A stretch of DNA of 58,330 bases, filler included, from Barthelona sp. PAP020 (Eukaryota): NCBI GenBank assembly GCA_040182905.1. It is 3 parts of 3 records of this genome, joined end to end, with 100 filler letters (N's around TTAATTAATTAA, not from the genome) between each part and the next. Parts side by side here need not be neighbours in the genome. Positions count along the whole stretch, not along the records: positions 38,987 to 58,330 come from JARQWU010000208.1; 2 more parts are not named here. One strand, 5' to 3'. Position 1 is the stretch's first letter, and every line of letters begins with the position of its first letter. A program made the translations under genes and the position numbers. The notes beneath the pieces were generated by a model. The model ran no database searches, was not told the origin of the DNA, and saw only the letters and a list, made by a program, of their open reading frames with translations. Shown in pieces: positions 42,401 to 51,643 of this stretch.

Positions 42401-43036
42401 ACAAATTGTATTAATAACACCAGTGACATCAATAATATTTTTAGTATTCAAAACATCATAACAAAACGTCAAAAATCTGGGTAAATATTTTTGCATTGAA
42501 TCTAAACGAGTCAATAAACGGGCCAAAACAATACCAGCACCATCTTTAACCTTTGAAGGACTTTTTAAAAAGGTCAAAGAATTGAGAAAAATATATTCAA
42601 TTACACTTGTTTCAAATAATCCAGAATCAACAGTATTTAGATCAAATGGAATCAGTAAAAGTATAGACAACCAATATTGAAAAACACATAACGATTTCCA
42701 TATCATTTCTTGTTTGATATCATCATATTCCATTCTATTCTCAAATTTTGTGGAATATTCTTGAACTTTTTGAGTCATAATTTCAAACAATTCATTTGAA
42801 TGAGGAATAAATTTTCTAACAACTTTTAACCCTCTCACATCAATTAAAGTGTATAAAGAATAACAATGTTGCATTTCAAGTAAAAAGTCCTTCTCATCTA
42901 ATATCTTTTCACATAAATAAACAACACATTTTGAAATCTCACGATCAATAACATAGGGTTGTTGACGAACATGTTTTGTCAAAGTTTCATTAAACTTCTC
43001 CCAATTTGTTGTTAATAAATAAAAATAATCACTCAT
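39461..43036 (-). CDS. TBCD: Tubulin-specific chaperone D
   Basis: QQPYVID, WLSILLLIPFDL..VDS, WRYQRGRR, VRWNAA..VGR, SWHGACIALAELARRGL, VRDAAAYVIWSFARAY, FDTEINVRRAAAAAFQEFVGRQ, GDVGSIVR. ATG 43036. Confidence 0.95.
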   Translation of the reverse strand: MSDYFYLLTTNWEKFNETLTKHVRQQPYVIDREISKCVVYLCEKILDEKDFLLEMQHCYSLYTLIDVRGLKVVRKFIPHSNELFEIMTQKVQEYSTKFENRMEYDDIKQEMIWKSLCVFQYWLSILLLIPFDLNTVDSGLFETSVIEYIFLNSLTFLKSPSKVKDGAGIVLARLLTRLDSMQKYLPRFLTFCYDVLNTKNIIDVTGVINTICWIIEYGQREEIAVYFNSFVSLLDLITCQSTDESEIFFHKVVLAEKIGLLLLPEQIAQWRYQRGRRGLTGHSNAVNIDFEMELQQFQVVDGELLEDILGICLNALSDRSSAVRWNAASAVGRLTQRLPLFLADEVVEFVLSLFSPLMLDHSWHGACIALAELARRGLFLPDRVPTALTVVHQALKYEYRRGKRVIGDDVRDAAAYVIWSFARAYDSSLLRDYVPSIAANLACRAVFDTEINVRRAAAAAFQEFVGRQDNVPHGIEILQLADFYSVGKISHCFVEIAPTIAKWPEYTATFAMNLLTTRVFHWNDEIQGLAAQCLNKLVYDHPKMMKDLMFDIICDKVMGVNERVGGISALIVFLKAYVDLDDFKKDFSEDEKKFLVDLPLTFSKQRLFVCPKSTLLRKVMCEYIEALVQCKFKLKVKNVVVYFEIVEISLKKPFDWVRFSACNALSVLAESFKKEALKLVKKLIENFQKDLLSFDENRASAGSLAVIPLFLLEQWRDVEVIDLNSIKNENDDVFEEEYNIVYDVNKNIVDIIDLLSSKAYYDSTSQFQDVEIRVASISAIVSIIGRVFLEKGADSDLLKILMQKANNVLINGLKDYETTKQGDVGSIVRICVLEHIPIFVKMWKLSQDTEISMDLWENILLQRYSRLMRVRRIAHSSIVHLKYGGFDLENIPSMGYHPIMQMYAPLPLHDFNVDIVNIHEMSNWTSEEASNYFAFLPLLKENDYGFFIFKGLVSCVGGNIESEAKSSKEAIRQFYRDKIGFDANVWLNWCVQIFDDLTNSIVPKNIYIYPLIYTLGWLNQNQILNETFDNYEVWNQIIQKIKLIQRKTKDVNNIRNIVEFFCSLISNEDGSNIYFKLSIGSLLNCLQHSFPLVRTFTCQQMYQAFNTMIIIENDIYNPFFDDFDKLQEYFQPIIDKDPSFLNIISLNKDDFILSHPILILLTFIEGCDQIEIIKLCVSLLASLVGIQKRSK

Positions 43037-43459
43037 GAGAAAAAAAAAATTGTTGAAAAAGTGTGCTGTTTTGATTTTCAATTCATGCAATTAAAATGTA
43101 TAATCATTTCATTTTGAAGTTCAAAAACAAACAATCAAATCATTTCAAAGAGCTTATGCAAAAACCAATCAATCCAGTTGTTATTCCCTTTTTAGCAAAA
43201 GAAACAAATCAAAACTTCTGAACTAACATGAAAAAGCTTCATTAAGTTTGACCCAAAGAACAAAGAAGAAAAATTTACTGAAAAAAAATAAATGCTGATG
43301 GCTCATCAAAAAAATATGGAACTTTGAAGGACAGACTGTGCATCCATTCATTTTTCGATTTTTTCTTTCACGATGTGATAACTGCATAATATCCTTCAAA
43401 ACATAATATTCGAATAACTATGCAATTCTGACAAAAAAAAAAACAAATATTGATTATTA

Positions 43460-45328
43460 TTAAATTTCTACTGTTGGTATTTCAACTAAATCATCCAAAG
43501 GTTCACCTTTCATCTTGAACTTTTTCTTTTTCATATTTCTCCTTTTTAAAACACTACCTACTAATAAATACAAAAGGAACGATAAAAACATTGCAAAAAG
43601 CATGAGAAGAATCAAAACACCTCCAGAAACAGTCCACTCTTGCTCAACAAAACTATTAATTTGAATTTCTCGTTGATTACCCATCGTTTCAATCATAACT
43701 GGAGCTGTCATTTCGTCAGGAATGTCGATATTTAAAGCATAGAGCAAAGTAGGAGCAACTGATGCAACGGAATACATGGACATGCCTGGAGGAGAACGAA
43801 TGAAAACATTTTCACTGGTAATGTAAAAAGGAACTGGATTCAAGGTGTGGGTGGTTTGAGGGCTGCCATCCAACCATTGCATCATTTCTGAATTACCATG
43901 ATCTGCAGTTAAAACCATAAGATAGTTATTTGCTTCACAAGACTCATAAATCCTTTTTAATGCAGCATCAATAGCTTGAAAAGAACGAATAGCGCAAGTA
44001 ATATTTCCTGTATGGCCTGTACCATCTTGACTCGCAATATTCAGAAAAATAAAGTCATATTTTCCACTTTCAATGGATTCAACAGCTTTTTTGGACAAGT
44101 TAAAAGTCTGCATTTCAGGATTTTCTTGAATATTAGAGGGTGAAGTAAAATTAACGGCCCACTCGGAATTAGGCCAAGGTTTATCATACAAAACAGATCC
44201 ACTAAAAAATCGAGTAATATGACCCAATTTATAAGTTTCACCAATTCTAATTTGTTTAAACCCTTTCTTCGAAATCCATTCTCCCAAACCATTCTTAGGC
44301 TTCAATGCTGGTAAAACAGGTTCACGTGGAATCCCACGATAATATGTTGATAATGGAACCAAATTCAAAGAAACCTGTTTATCAACATCCAATTTTCCCA
44401 CGGGACCTTCCTCAAATAATCTGTATATTTCTTGAATTGAATCTTCACGATAATTAAAAAAAAGAATTGCATCATCATTTTCAAAACGTCTCGATTTTTC
44501 ATTAATAATGGGAAAAATATCCTTGGCTCCTTCAATATTAATGAATGGATGGTCCAATTGCGTAAATATTGTTTTTTCAATATCTCCACTAACCGTACAA
44601 TTTTCATATTTTGCATCAAGCAATGCCATATAACTATCTTTTAACAAATGCCATTTTTCCTGTCTATCCAACGTTCTAGGTGGTAAAATCGTTGCAATGG
44701 ATGTTTCCCAATCATAGCCAAAATTGGATAAATACAATTTAATCAAATTGTAATAGGTTCGAAAATTCTTGCTTGAAATTTTTTTCAAAATAATGTGGAC
44801 AAAGAGCCTATCTTTTGGAACATTCAACTTTTGACATAATTCTATGAAATTCTCAAGGTATTTGATGTCAGTGTTGACACCACTATCAGTTGCTTCACCA
44901 AAAATATGAACATTTTTGGGCAAGGCTGAGTTTACAGCCTTCTCAATATTGGTTTTAAGAATCTCATTGTTGTAAAAACTTCCATCATTCACCATTTTTT
45001 CCAATCTCATACTATACCATGGAAGACTACGCCCCAACCCCAAAGTTTGATGTCCAATTAAAGAGCTTCCCAAATCATTCCAACGTGCTCCAACACTCCA
45101 ACCTGCAGCTTGCAATGGGGAAAATTGTTGACTGTATTTTTTTCTAAATTCATCTAAAAAAGGAGTTTTTGCACTTGTTAAAGCATTTGACTCATCAGTA
45201 ATGCTAGATAGACCAACACCATCAACAATAACCATTACCGCACCAATCGGTTTTGTTGTCAATCCTTCAACACTCATAAAAATTGCAAACAACAATAATA
45301 ATACATGTTTAAATTGTAAGTTCAGCAT
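43460..45328 (-). CDS. Cofactor-independent phosphoglycerate mutase (iPGM/GpmI)-like protein with signal peptide and C-terminal TM anchor
   Basis: VIVDGVG, GSSLIGHQTLG, ETYKLGHITRFF, PEM, QDGTGHTG, D..L..I, TADHGNSE.M, TTHTLNPVPF and VAPTLL. Hydrophobic N-terminal signal ending VEG|LT. C-terminal TM GGVLILL...GSVL followed by a basic tail. Confidence 0.88.
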   Translation of the reverse strand: MLNLQFKHVLLLLFAIFMSVEGLTTKPIGAVMVIVDGVGLSSITDESNALTSAKTPFLDEFRKKYSQQFSPLQAAGWSVGARWNDLGSSLIGHQTLGLGRSLPWYSMRLEKMVNDGSFYNNEILKTNIEKAVNSALPKNVHIFGEATDSGVNTDIKYLENFIELCQKLNVPKDRLFVHIILKKISSKNFRTYYNLIKLYLSNFGYDWETSIATILPPRTLDRQEKWHLLKDSYMALLDAKYENCTVSGDIEKTIFTQLDHPFINIEGAKDIFPIINEKSRRFENDDAILFFNYREDSIQEIYRLFEEGPVGKLDVDKQVSLNLVPLSTYYRGIPREPVLPALKPKNGLGEWISKKGFKQIRIGETYKLGHITRFFSGSVLYDKPWPNSEWAVNFTSPSNIQENPEMQTFNLSKKAVESIESGKYDFIFLNIASQDGTGHTGNITCAIRSFQAIDAALKRIYESCEANNYLMVLTADHGNSEMMQWLDGSPQTTHTLNPVPFYITSENVFIRSPPGMSMYSVASVAPTLLYALNIDIPDEMTAPVMIETMGNQREIQINSFVEQEWTVSGGVLILLMLFAMFLSFLLYLLVGSVLKRRNMKKKKFKMKGEPLDDLVEIPTVEI

Positions 45329-45681
45329 GTTACAATATTAAAAAGAAAGAAAAGAAAAAAATAATTAACAAAACAAAATACAGAAGATAATGTTGATTTT
45401 TATCCGATTGTGTTCATAAACATATTTAAAAACTGGAAATGATTTGGGTAGAATGGTTTAAATTTTCTGGTCCAAATCTCATTGAGAATGGGTAAAATTA
45501 ACCAGTTCTTTTTTTTCTTCATTGTATTTATGGTCATTCAATCAGCTGTTATTTATGTATTTTCAAAAAAAAAAAAAAAAAAAAAAAAAAGATTCACATT
45601 TATAACAATTGAATCAAAAATTGAAAACATATCAATTTAAAAAATTGGACAAAAAAATCAAATCCTTAAATCAAAAACAAA

Positions 45682-46692
45682 TCAAAATCCAATTCCAGCT
45701 GCGACTTCTTTTGACATACCAAGAGAAACATGATTATTAACATTTCCCATCGTATCAAAACGTTGTTCATATTCTTCAGAAATACACCAAGTTTTTCCAT
45801 CAACAAGGAATTTAAAGTCAAATTCTTTTTGGGGTAAACACATTTGAATCTCAAAATGATTTTGCTCCAGTTGTTTCATGGGCAAATTAGTTCCCCAATT
45901 ATCAAAAGAACCCGAAAGCTTGACATTTTCTGCAGGTCCATAATAATGAAAAGTAATATTTTGAGTATCCATAGTTGATTTTCCCAGTAAACTCTTTGGC
46001 ATCATAACAGGTGTTAAATCAGTTGGAGGTGTCATGTCAGGCCAGCAATTCAAATCATCATCAACCAACAAAACGTTGTTTACATTTCCTTTCTTATCAT
46101 TTTGAGTTGGTAAATCTTCTCTACAAACATACTCATTGTCTACAACAAATTTAAATGCATATTGACCTGGGCCAAGATTCAATTGATAATAAAATTCTCC
46201 ATTTGAACGTTTCCTCATTGGAAGTTGCTCATTCCATCTATCCCAAGACCCAACAATTTTGACAGAAGAAGCTGTGCTGCAATAAGTAATAGGAATGCCG
46301 ATTCTATAACAAGGTTCACCAAAAAGACCAGGTATTGAATATTCAGCTGGTTCAGAATCGGAAATGGGTTCTTCTTCCAGTTTAAAAGTGAAAGGTTCAT
46401 CAACAACTTGTAAAACATTGTTAAAATGGCCTGATGCGTTTTGTCTTATATCTTGAAAAGGCAAACAACGATATGCATCGTCAACAATTAACTTGTATTG
46501 ATATTCTCCTTCTTTAAGGTTGACCCAACAATAATATGGTTCACTCCTTCCTCTTCTGTACATAGGAATTCGGTTTTGCCAATTGTCCCATGAACCAACC
46601 AAATAACAAGAAGACTGAACAGGGAAAGGCCATTCAAATTCATAAGTAAGAAGTTCAGGATCAATTTGTGGAATATGATAAACTCTTGACAT
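45682..46692 (-). CDS. Protein with three CBM48 (AMPK-beta-type glycogen-binding) domains
   Basis: Three repeats of (V/L)..GS(W/F)D.W...PM...L..G.Y.(Y/F)K(L/F).VD...G..NN. ATG 46692. Confidence 0.88.
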   Translation of the reverse strand: MSRVYHIPQIDPELLTYEFEWPFPVQSSCYLVGSWDNWQNRIPMYRRGRSEPYYCWVNLKEGEYQYKLIVDDAYRCLPFQDIRQNASGHFNNVLQVVDEPFTFKLEEEPISDSEPAEYSIPGLFGEPCYRIGIPITYCSTASSVKIVGSWDRWNEQLPMRKRSNGEFYYQLNLGPGQYAFKFVVDNEYVCREDLPTQNDKKGNVNNVLLVDDDLNCWPDMTPPTDLTPVMMPKSLLGKSTMDTQNITFHYYGPAENVKLSGSFDNWGTNLPMKQLEQNHFEIQMCLPQKEFDFKFLVDGKTWCISEEYEQRFDTMGNVNNHVSLGMSKEVAAGIGF

Positions 46693-47354
46693 CAAAAAGT
46701 AAAAAAAGTATCAAAAAGTGATCATAAATTATTTTACAGTTCTATCATACAATAGAAACATTTCTGTAAAAATTGATTTGATTTTCTTGGTAAAAAGAAA
46801 ATATTCATAAAATTCGAAAACACATTAAATGCATGAAATGGAAAAAAAAAATAACAAAAAAATAAAGTCTTGTTGACAAGCAATATTCTTTAAATATTAG
46901 ATTTAATAAAGGTTGCATATTGTTTACTCAACTGTGTTAATAGTTTCCCACTCTCTTTCAAAGAAAGACAAATCCTTCATAAATGAAAGAAGAATGCATC
47001 TGAACGACCAAAATTTGTTTTATTTTACTTTATTATTGACGTTTCATTCCCTAATTGGACCAAATGCCCAAAAGAATCCTCAAAAAAACAAAGAGAAGTT
47101 GGTTCTTTCAAATTCATCTTTTTTGTTCTTTTTTTTCCATAATGTATTGTTTTATTTATCAAGGAAAAACTGTTAACAAATTAAAAAAAAAAGTTAGACA
47201 ACGAACTATTTTTTTTTACGGCTAAATTCTCTCTTTTTTTTTATAAAAATGAGTAAAGCGTATTTATTATTATACTGGACAAGAAATGTATTTGTTTGGT
47301 CAACTCTTTCAAATTAAAAACAGTTGCTTTTTTTGTTTTCAATGTTTTGAAATA

Positions 47355-47777
47355 ATGGATGTTCAACAAAAATTAAAAGATCTAGAAAAAGAATTACGCC
47401 GTTTGAAAAAAAGTTATCAAGTTTTACACAATCAAGTCATTCTTCGAGATGAAACCTATAACGATCCATATCTTTTCCAACAAATTTTAGAAAACAAGCA
47501 AATGTATTCATTTGAACCGATTATTACTCCTATTGAGGATTTCAGAAATATTGTTCCAGAAATTTCCTTAAATTTATCAAATAAAGACATAAATACAAAA
47601 CAATTAGAAAACTTAGATGGAGAAAGTGACATTTTCAAGGATATTTTTGAAGATGTTGATGAAAATGATATCAAACAAATTAATATTGTAGATGATGATG
47701 ATTTCAAAAAATATTTTGACCCCAAACTTATAAAACCTCATGAAGCTGTGAATCTTCAATTTTTACCTGTATTTTAG
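47355..47777 (+). CDS. Hypothetical protein (weak resemblance to HCNGP/SAP30BP)
   Basis: ATG 47355 follows a T-rich leader. N-terminal coiled coil, then NQVILRDETYNDPYLFQQIL, which loosely resembles HCNGP 'N..I...K.(F/Y)RNP'. Family call is weak. Confidence 0.45.
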   Translation: MDVQQKLKDLEKELRRLKKSYQVLHNQVILRDETYNDPYLFQQILENKQMYSFEPIITPIEDFRNIVPEISLNLSNKDINTKQLENLDGESDIFKDIFEDVDENDIKQINIVDDDDFKKYFDPKLIKPHEAVNLQFLPVF

Positions 47778-47952
47778 TCAATTTATTTCTTTTTATAAAT
47801 GTGTTCCAGGACTTCCCTTCTTAATTTTTTTTTTTTTTCCACTTAAAATTCTCTTCTTGCCCCTTAATTATTAAGTAAATTTTGAAGATCAGATTTCTTT
47901 TCAAAACCCTGAAATGTGAAGAAAAAGAAAATCTCACTGAATATTTATAAAT

Positions 47953-50568
47953 TTATTGTTCAAACAATGACATTTCACGTTTATATTTGGAATAAAGACT
48001 TTGGAAAACAGATTTTTGAACATTATTTAATCTGTTGATAAATTTCTGAATGTTTAAAGATTTTAGCAAAGATAATAATGAAAAGAATCCTTGATAGATT
48101 GGGGTCATTTTTTCTTGATGCGCCAACATAAACAATGCAATTTCTCTATTTTCTGCTAAAATTACAACGTAAGCCATGATCAGCACAGGTGCAATCGAAG
48201 AAAAAGAAGTTTGTTTGGTTAGATCATCCAAAGTTCTGGTGAAATTAATAAGACTACAATTTAAAACAGGTAATGTTTTTAGAGTGAAACATATATAAGA
48301 ATATAAAATAGTAGAAACAATAGTGATTGATTTCTTGGCCGTTTCAGAATGATGTTTGACAATATGATAACAAATACTTGAAAAATAATTGAAAATCTCA
48401 ATGGATTCTTCAACTGAGAATTCAACAGCTTTATGCAATATAATATACCCAATATTGGAAAACAATGCAAGAATATGAGAAGGAATTGAGGAACTCATTC
48501 CCAAAATTTTATCAAGAATTGATAAACCAAATATAAATTGTTGAATGGAAGAATCTACCCCAGACATTATCATTACTACTTGTCCAATTAATTGATGACT
48601 CTGATTATACACAACAGATGCAAAATGATGATCTGCTGCGTTTATAACATGGGCAAATTCATCGAGTTGTTTGTCAAAATCAATATTGTCCACAAAATTT
48701 TTGATTATTTTTTTGGGTAAATATGAAATAAACCTGAGAGGAAATCTTTGAGCAATAAAAACTGAAGTGAGCTCTTCAAGTAAAGGTATATGAATTGAGT
48801 TCGCCAAAAGAATAGCAATTACTATGTCGAATTGGGGCATGGGATGTTTAATGAGATGTTTAATATGATCTTTTAACTTAGTCTCAGTACCAATGTCAAA
48901 TTTAGCGTCAATTAAAATATCTTTACGAAAACAATTAATTAATAATGCGTGATAATGGTTTTTAACATCTAATTTATCAATAATACTTCTTACGATCTCT
49001 TCTGAAAGCAATATTGGAGAGATAATATTCGAAATATCAAAAGAAGCCAAAGATATATCAACAAGGTTTGATTGAGATAGATATTTGGTTTGGATTCTTT
49101 CTGTTCTATTCAATAGCCTTTTAAGTTCAAATTGTTCAAAATTGTGATTGATAATATTGAGAAGGAATTCAACAAGCTCTTCACCTTCAACATTGGGGAA
49201 CATTGAAGAATCTATCTTAATCACATCAAATGCATCCGACAATATCTCAGGTTCATGAGAATAACACATGTTTAATAAGGAAGCTGAATCATAATAGTTA
49301 TTTAATAAGTTTATGGGATAGATAGCTGAATATTGTGATCTGCTTTCTTGTTTTTCAAAAATTGTCCTGGTCTTTTCTTGAATAGATGAGAAAATTGAAA
49401 AAATGTCCAATAATTGAAAAGAAGAATGTAAGTTTTCTCGTTGAAAATCAATGATTTCCTTCAAAATCAATGAAAACGTAAGAATGCAATAAGAAAACAG
49501 TTGTTCTGAATCAACAAAACTCTTACTTATTAAATAATCATAAAACTTTAAACTTTCAACTGAAGAGTATTTATCAACCAATTTTTTGGGAGAAAATGTA
49601 ACCAAATCTATTTGAGCAGCTGTTGAGAATAAATAAAGATCAAACACACTCAAATCGTTCAAAAAGCTTTCAGAAAAATTTTGACTAATTGAATAGCTAT
49701 GTCTGAACTTATCTAAACAAGAAGAAACTCTTGTAGTGTTTAAAATATTATGCGATAACAAACGGATGAAAAAACCAAACTGAAGTTTATTCAAATCTTC
49801 GTTTAAATTATCATTTTGAAGTATTTCTACCACTTCAACCACTTCGTAAGATGTTAAACTACCGGAAAAATTGACTAATATTTCAATATGCTCTGTTTGT
49901 AGTACATCTTCAATGCAATGAAGTTTAGTAAGCAAAGGAATGAATTCTGTACGATAAGAACAAATTTTTTTCAAAAAAGTACTGACAAATAAATTGGAAA
50001 GAGTTCTATTTTCAAGAGAACGAGCAATATGCAATAAATGCTCTAAAAGCCCTTCAATAATCCTCAAATCGAAAATTAATAACCCCATTGCAAAATGTAA
50101 TATATCATCACCATTACCTTCCAGACAATCTTCAAAAATCTCTCGTAATAATTGAGATATTTCCTGTGACACATCTCCCACAGCTGAATACATGCCTAGC
50201 TTATTAGAAATTTTAAAAAAATCTAAAATATCATCAGGTTTGTGTTCAATCGACAGTAATTGGCGTAAAAAACAAAAAAAAATACAAGATTTTCCTTTGA
50301 ATGATAACTCCGGAATTGTATTAGATGCTATTCTACTTCGTTCATCATTTTCAAATAGACCAGAAATATTTTCAAAAAGCGTTGTAAAAACAACAATCAA
50401 ACCACTAGAATCTTTCGAAAGATTGAAAAATTTCTTCATAACTTTGAAATCATAATATTTGTCAATTTGTTCTTTAAATCCAATCGAATTATCTCTCTTT
50501 GCATTTTGAAGCGTAAGCTGATTTAATGAATTCAATAAATTTTGTATCCATTCGACAGGAATTTCCAT
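47953..50568 (-). CDS. Urb2/Npa2-like nucleolar ribosome biogenesis protein
   Basis: Helical Leu-rich ~870-aa protein; the C-terminus 'IYQGFFSLLSLL...IQKFINRLNNVQKSVFQSLYSKYKRE' matches the Urb2 C-terminal signature. ATG 50568. Confidence 0.6.
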   Translation of the reverse strand: MEIPVEWIQNLLNSLNQLTLQNAKRDNSIGFKEQIDKYYDFKVMKKFFNLSKDSSGLIVVFTTLFENISGLFENDERSRIASNTIPELSFKGKSCIFFCFLRQLLSIEHKPDDILDFFKISNKLGMYSAVGDVSQEISQLLREIFEDCLEGNGDDILHFAMGLLIFDLRIIEGLLEHLLHIARSLENRTLSNLFVSTFLKKICSYRTEFIPLLTKLHCIEDVLQTEHIEILVNFSGSLTSYEVVEVVEILQNDNLNEDLNKLQFGFFIRLLSHNILNTTRVSSCLDKFRHSYSISQNFSESFLNDLSVFDLYLFSTAAQIDLVTFSPKKLVDKYSSVESLKFYDYLISKSFVDSEQLFSYCILTFSLILKEIIDFQRENLHSSFQLLDIFSIFSSIQEKTRTIFEKQESRSQYSAIYPINLLNNYYDSASLLNMCYSHEPEILSDAFDVIKIDSSMFPNVEGEELVEFLLNIINHNFEQFELKRLLNRTERIQTKYLSQSNLVDISLASFDISNIISPILLSEEIVRSIIDKLDVKNHYHALLINCFRKDILIDAKFDIGTETKLKDHIKHLIKHPMPQFDIVIAILLANSIHIPLLEELTSVFIAQRFPLRFISYLPKKIIKNFVDNIDFDKQLDEFAHVINAADHHFASVVYNQSHQLIGQVVMIMSGVDSSIQQFIFGLSILDKILGMSSSIPSHILALFSNIGYIILHKAVEFSVEESIEIFNYFSSICYHIVKHHSETAKKSITIVSTILYSYICFTLKTLPVLNCSLINFTRTLDDLTKQTSFSSIAPVLIMAYVVILAENREIALFMLAHQEKMTPIYQGFFSLLSLLKSLNIQKFINRLNNVQKSVFQSLYSKYKREMSLFEQ

Positions 50569-50696
50569 AATATAAAAAAAATCAATGAAAACAGTATTTA
50601 CAAAAAATAGAGGAAATTTTGGTCTTTTTTTCTGTGAAAAATAATGTATACAGTCATTTGATCCGTTTGCAATGAACAATAAAAGTCTTTTTGGAT

Positions 50697-50900
50697 TCAA
50701 ATATTTTTTAAGGGTAATTTATCACATTCTTGTTTAATTCGTTTTAATATTTGCACAATATTCTCAGGGTTTACTCCTTTTTCAACAAGACCAATTATAC
50801 ATTGAAGTTCGTCGGCGCTAAATTCTGTATGCAATAAAGAGGAAATATTTCTCACTAAGCTTAACGCTTCTTCATTCACAAGGGTCAAAGGTGATGACAT
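50697..50900 (-). CDS. MZT1: Mitotic spindle organizing protein 1 (MOZART1)
   Basis: 67 aa; ISSLLHTEFS..EL..II.LVEKGVNPENI..ILK matches the MZT1 consensus (IS.LL.TGLD...L..C..L.E.GVNPEAL). Confidence 0.85.
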   Translation of the reverse strand: MSSPLTLVNEEALSLVRNISSLLHTEFSADELQCIIGLVEKGVNPENIVQILKRIKQECDKLPLKNI

Positions 50901-50921
50901 TAAAAATTAAAAAACAATATT

Positions 50922-51575
50922 ATGGATTTTTCCAAATTTGACACCTTCATTTTTGATGTTGATGGAACTATTATTGATTCATGCAATTTAATTCGAAATA
51001 GTTTGGAAAACGTGGCCAAACATTATGGGGATGTTAAATTTGATGAAGAAATGTACAAATCTTTGAATGGGAGGTCTTTGAAATTTCAAATAGAACAGCT
51101 TGTTCCTTACAACAAAGTTGATGAAGCATTAGAATTTTATCGTGAATCTCAACTTTCAATTTATTCAACTTATATTAAGACTTTTCCTCATATAATAGAA
51201 TTATTGAATTTATTAAAGAGTAAAAATAAAAAATTGGCTGTTGTTTCTACTCGAACTCAACCTTCACTGGGAATGTTTTTAGATTATTTTCAATTGACAG
51301 ATTTTTTTGATGTGATTATTTCTGGATCTGATGTGACGAACAAAAAACCTCATCCTGACCCAATTTTCAAAGCACTTGAAAGAATGGAGAAAATATGTGA
51401 GTCTGTTGTTTTTATTGGAGATGGAATTGTTGATTCAGAATGTGCAAATAGTTGTGGAATACCTTTTGTCTTTTTTGAAACTGGTTCTAATTATTTGGTC
51501 TCAGATTTGTCATACCAGCCCCAAATGATTTTAACATCTTATAAGGAATTAATAGATATTATAGCGAAGGATTAG
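50922..51575 (+). CDS. HAD-superfamily subfamily IA hydrolase (PpaX/phosphoglycolate phosphatase-like)
   Basis: Motif I FDVDGTIIDS, motif II VVST, motif III KPHPDP, motif IV IGDG..D. Confidence 0.9.
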   Translation: MDFSKFDTFIFDVDGTIIDSCNLIRNSLENVAKHYGDVKFDEEMYKSLNGRSLKFQIEQLVPYNKVDEALEFYRESQLSIYSTYIKTFPHIIELLNLLKSKNKKLAVVSTRTQPSLGMFLDYFQLTDFFDVIISGSDVTNKKPHPDPIFKALERMEKICESVVFIGDGIVDSECANSCGIPFVFFETGSNYLVSDLSYQPQMILTSYKELIDIIAKD

Positions 51576-51643
51576 TTTTGTTGATTACGGTAAATGATAA
51601 GTTTTTTTATTATTGAAGGAAATAACAATTTTTTGACCTGAAC

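Noticed and set aside
47249..47285. Possible second intron (GTATTT...ACAAG) upstream of ORF 47355
   Set aside because: No CTAAC branch motif, and splicing gives an early stop.
50569..50700. Apparent 4-bp overlap of MZT1 and the Urb2-like ORF
   Set aside because: The ORF-track start is TTG; the plausible ATG is 50568, which leaves a 128-bp spacer.
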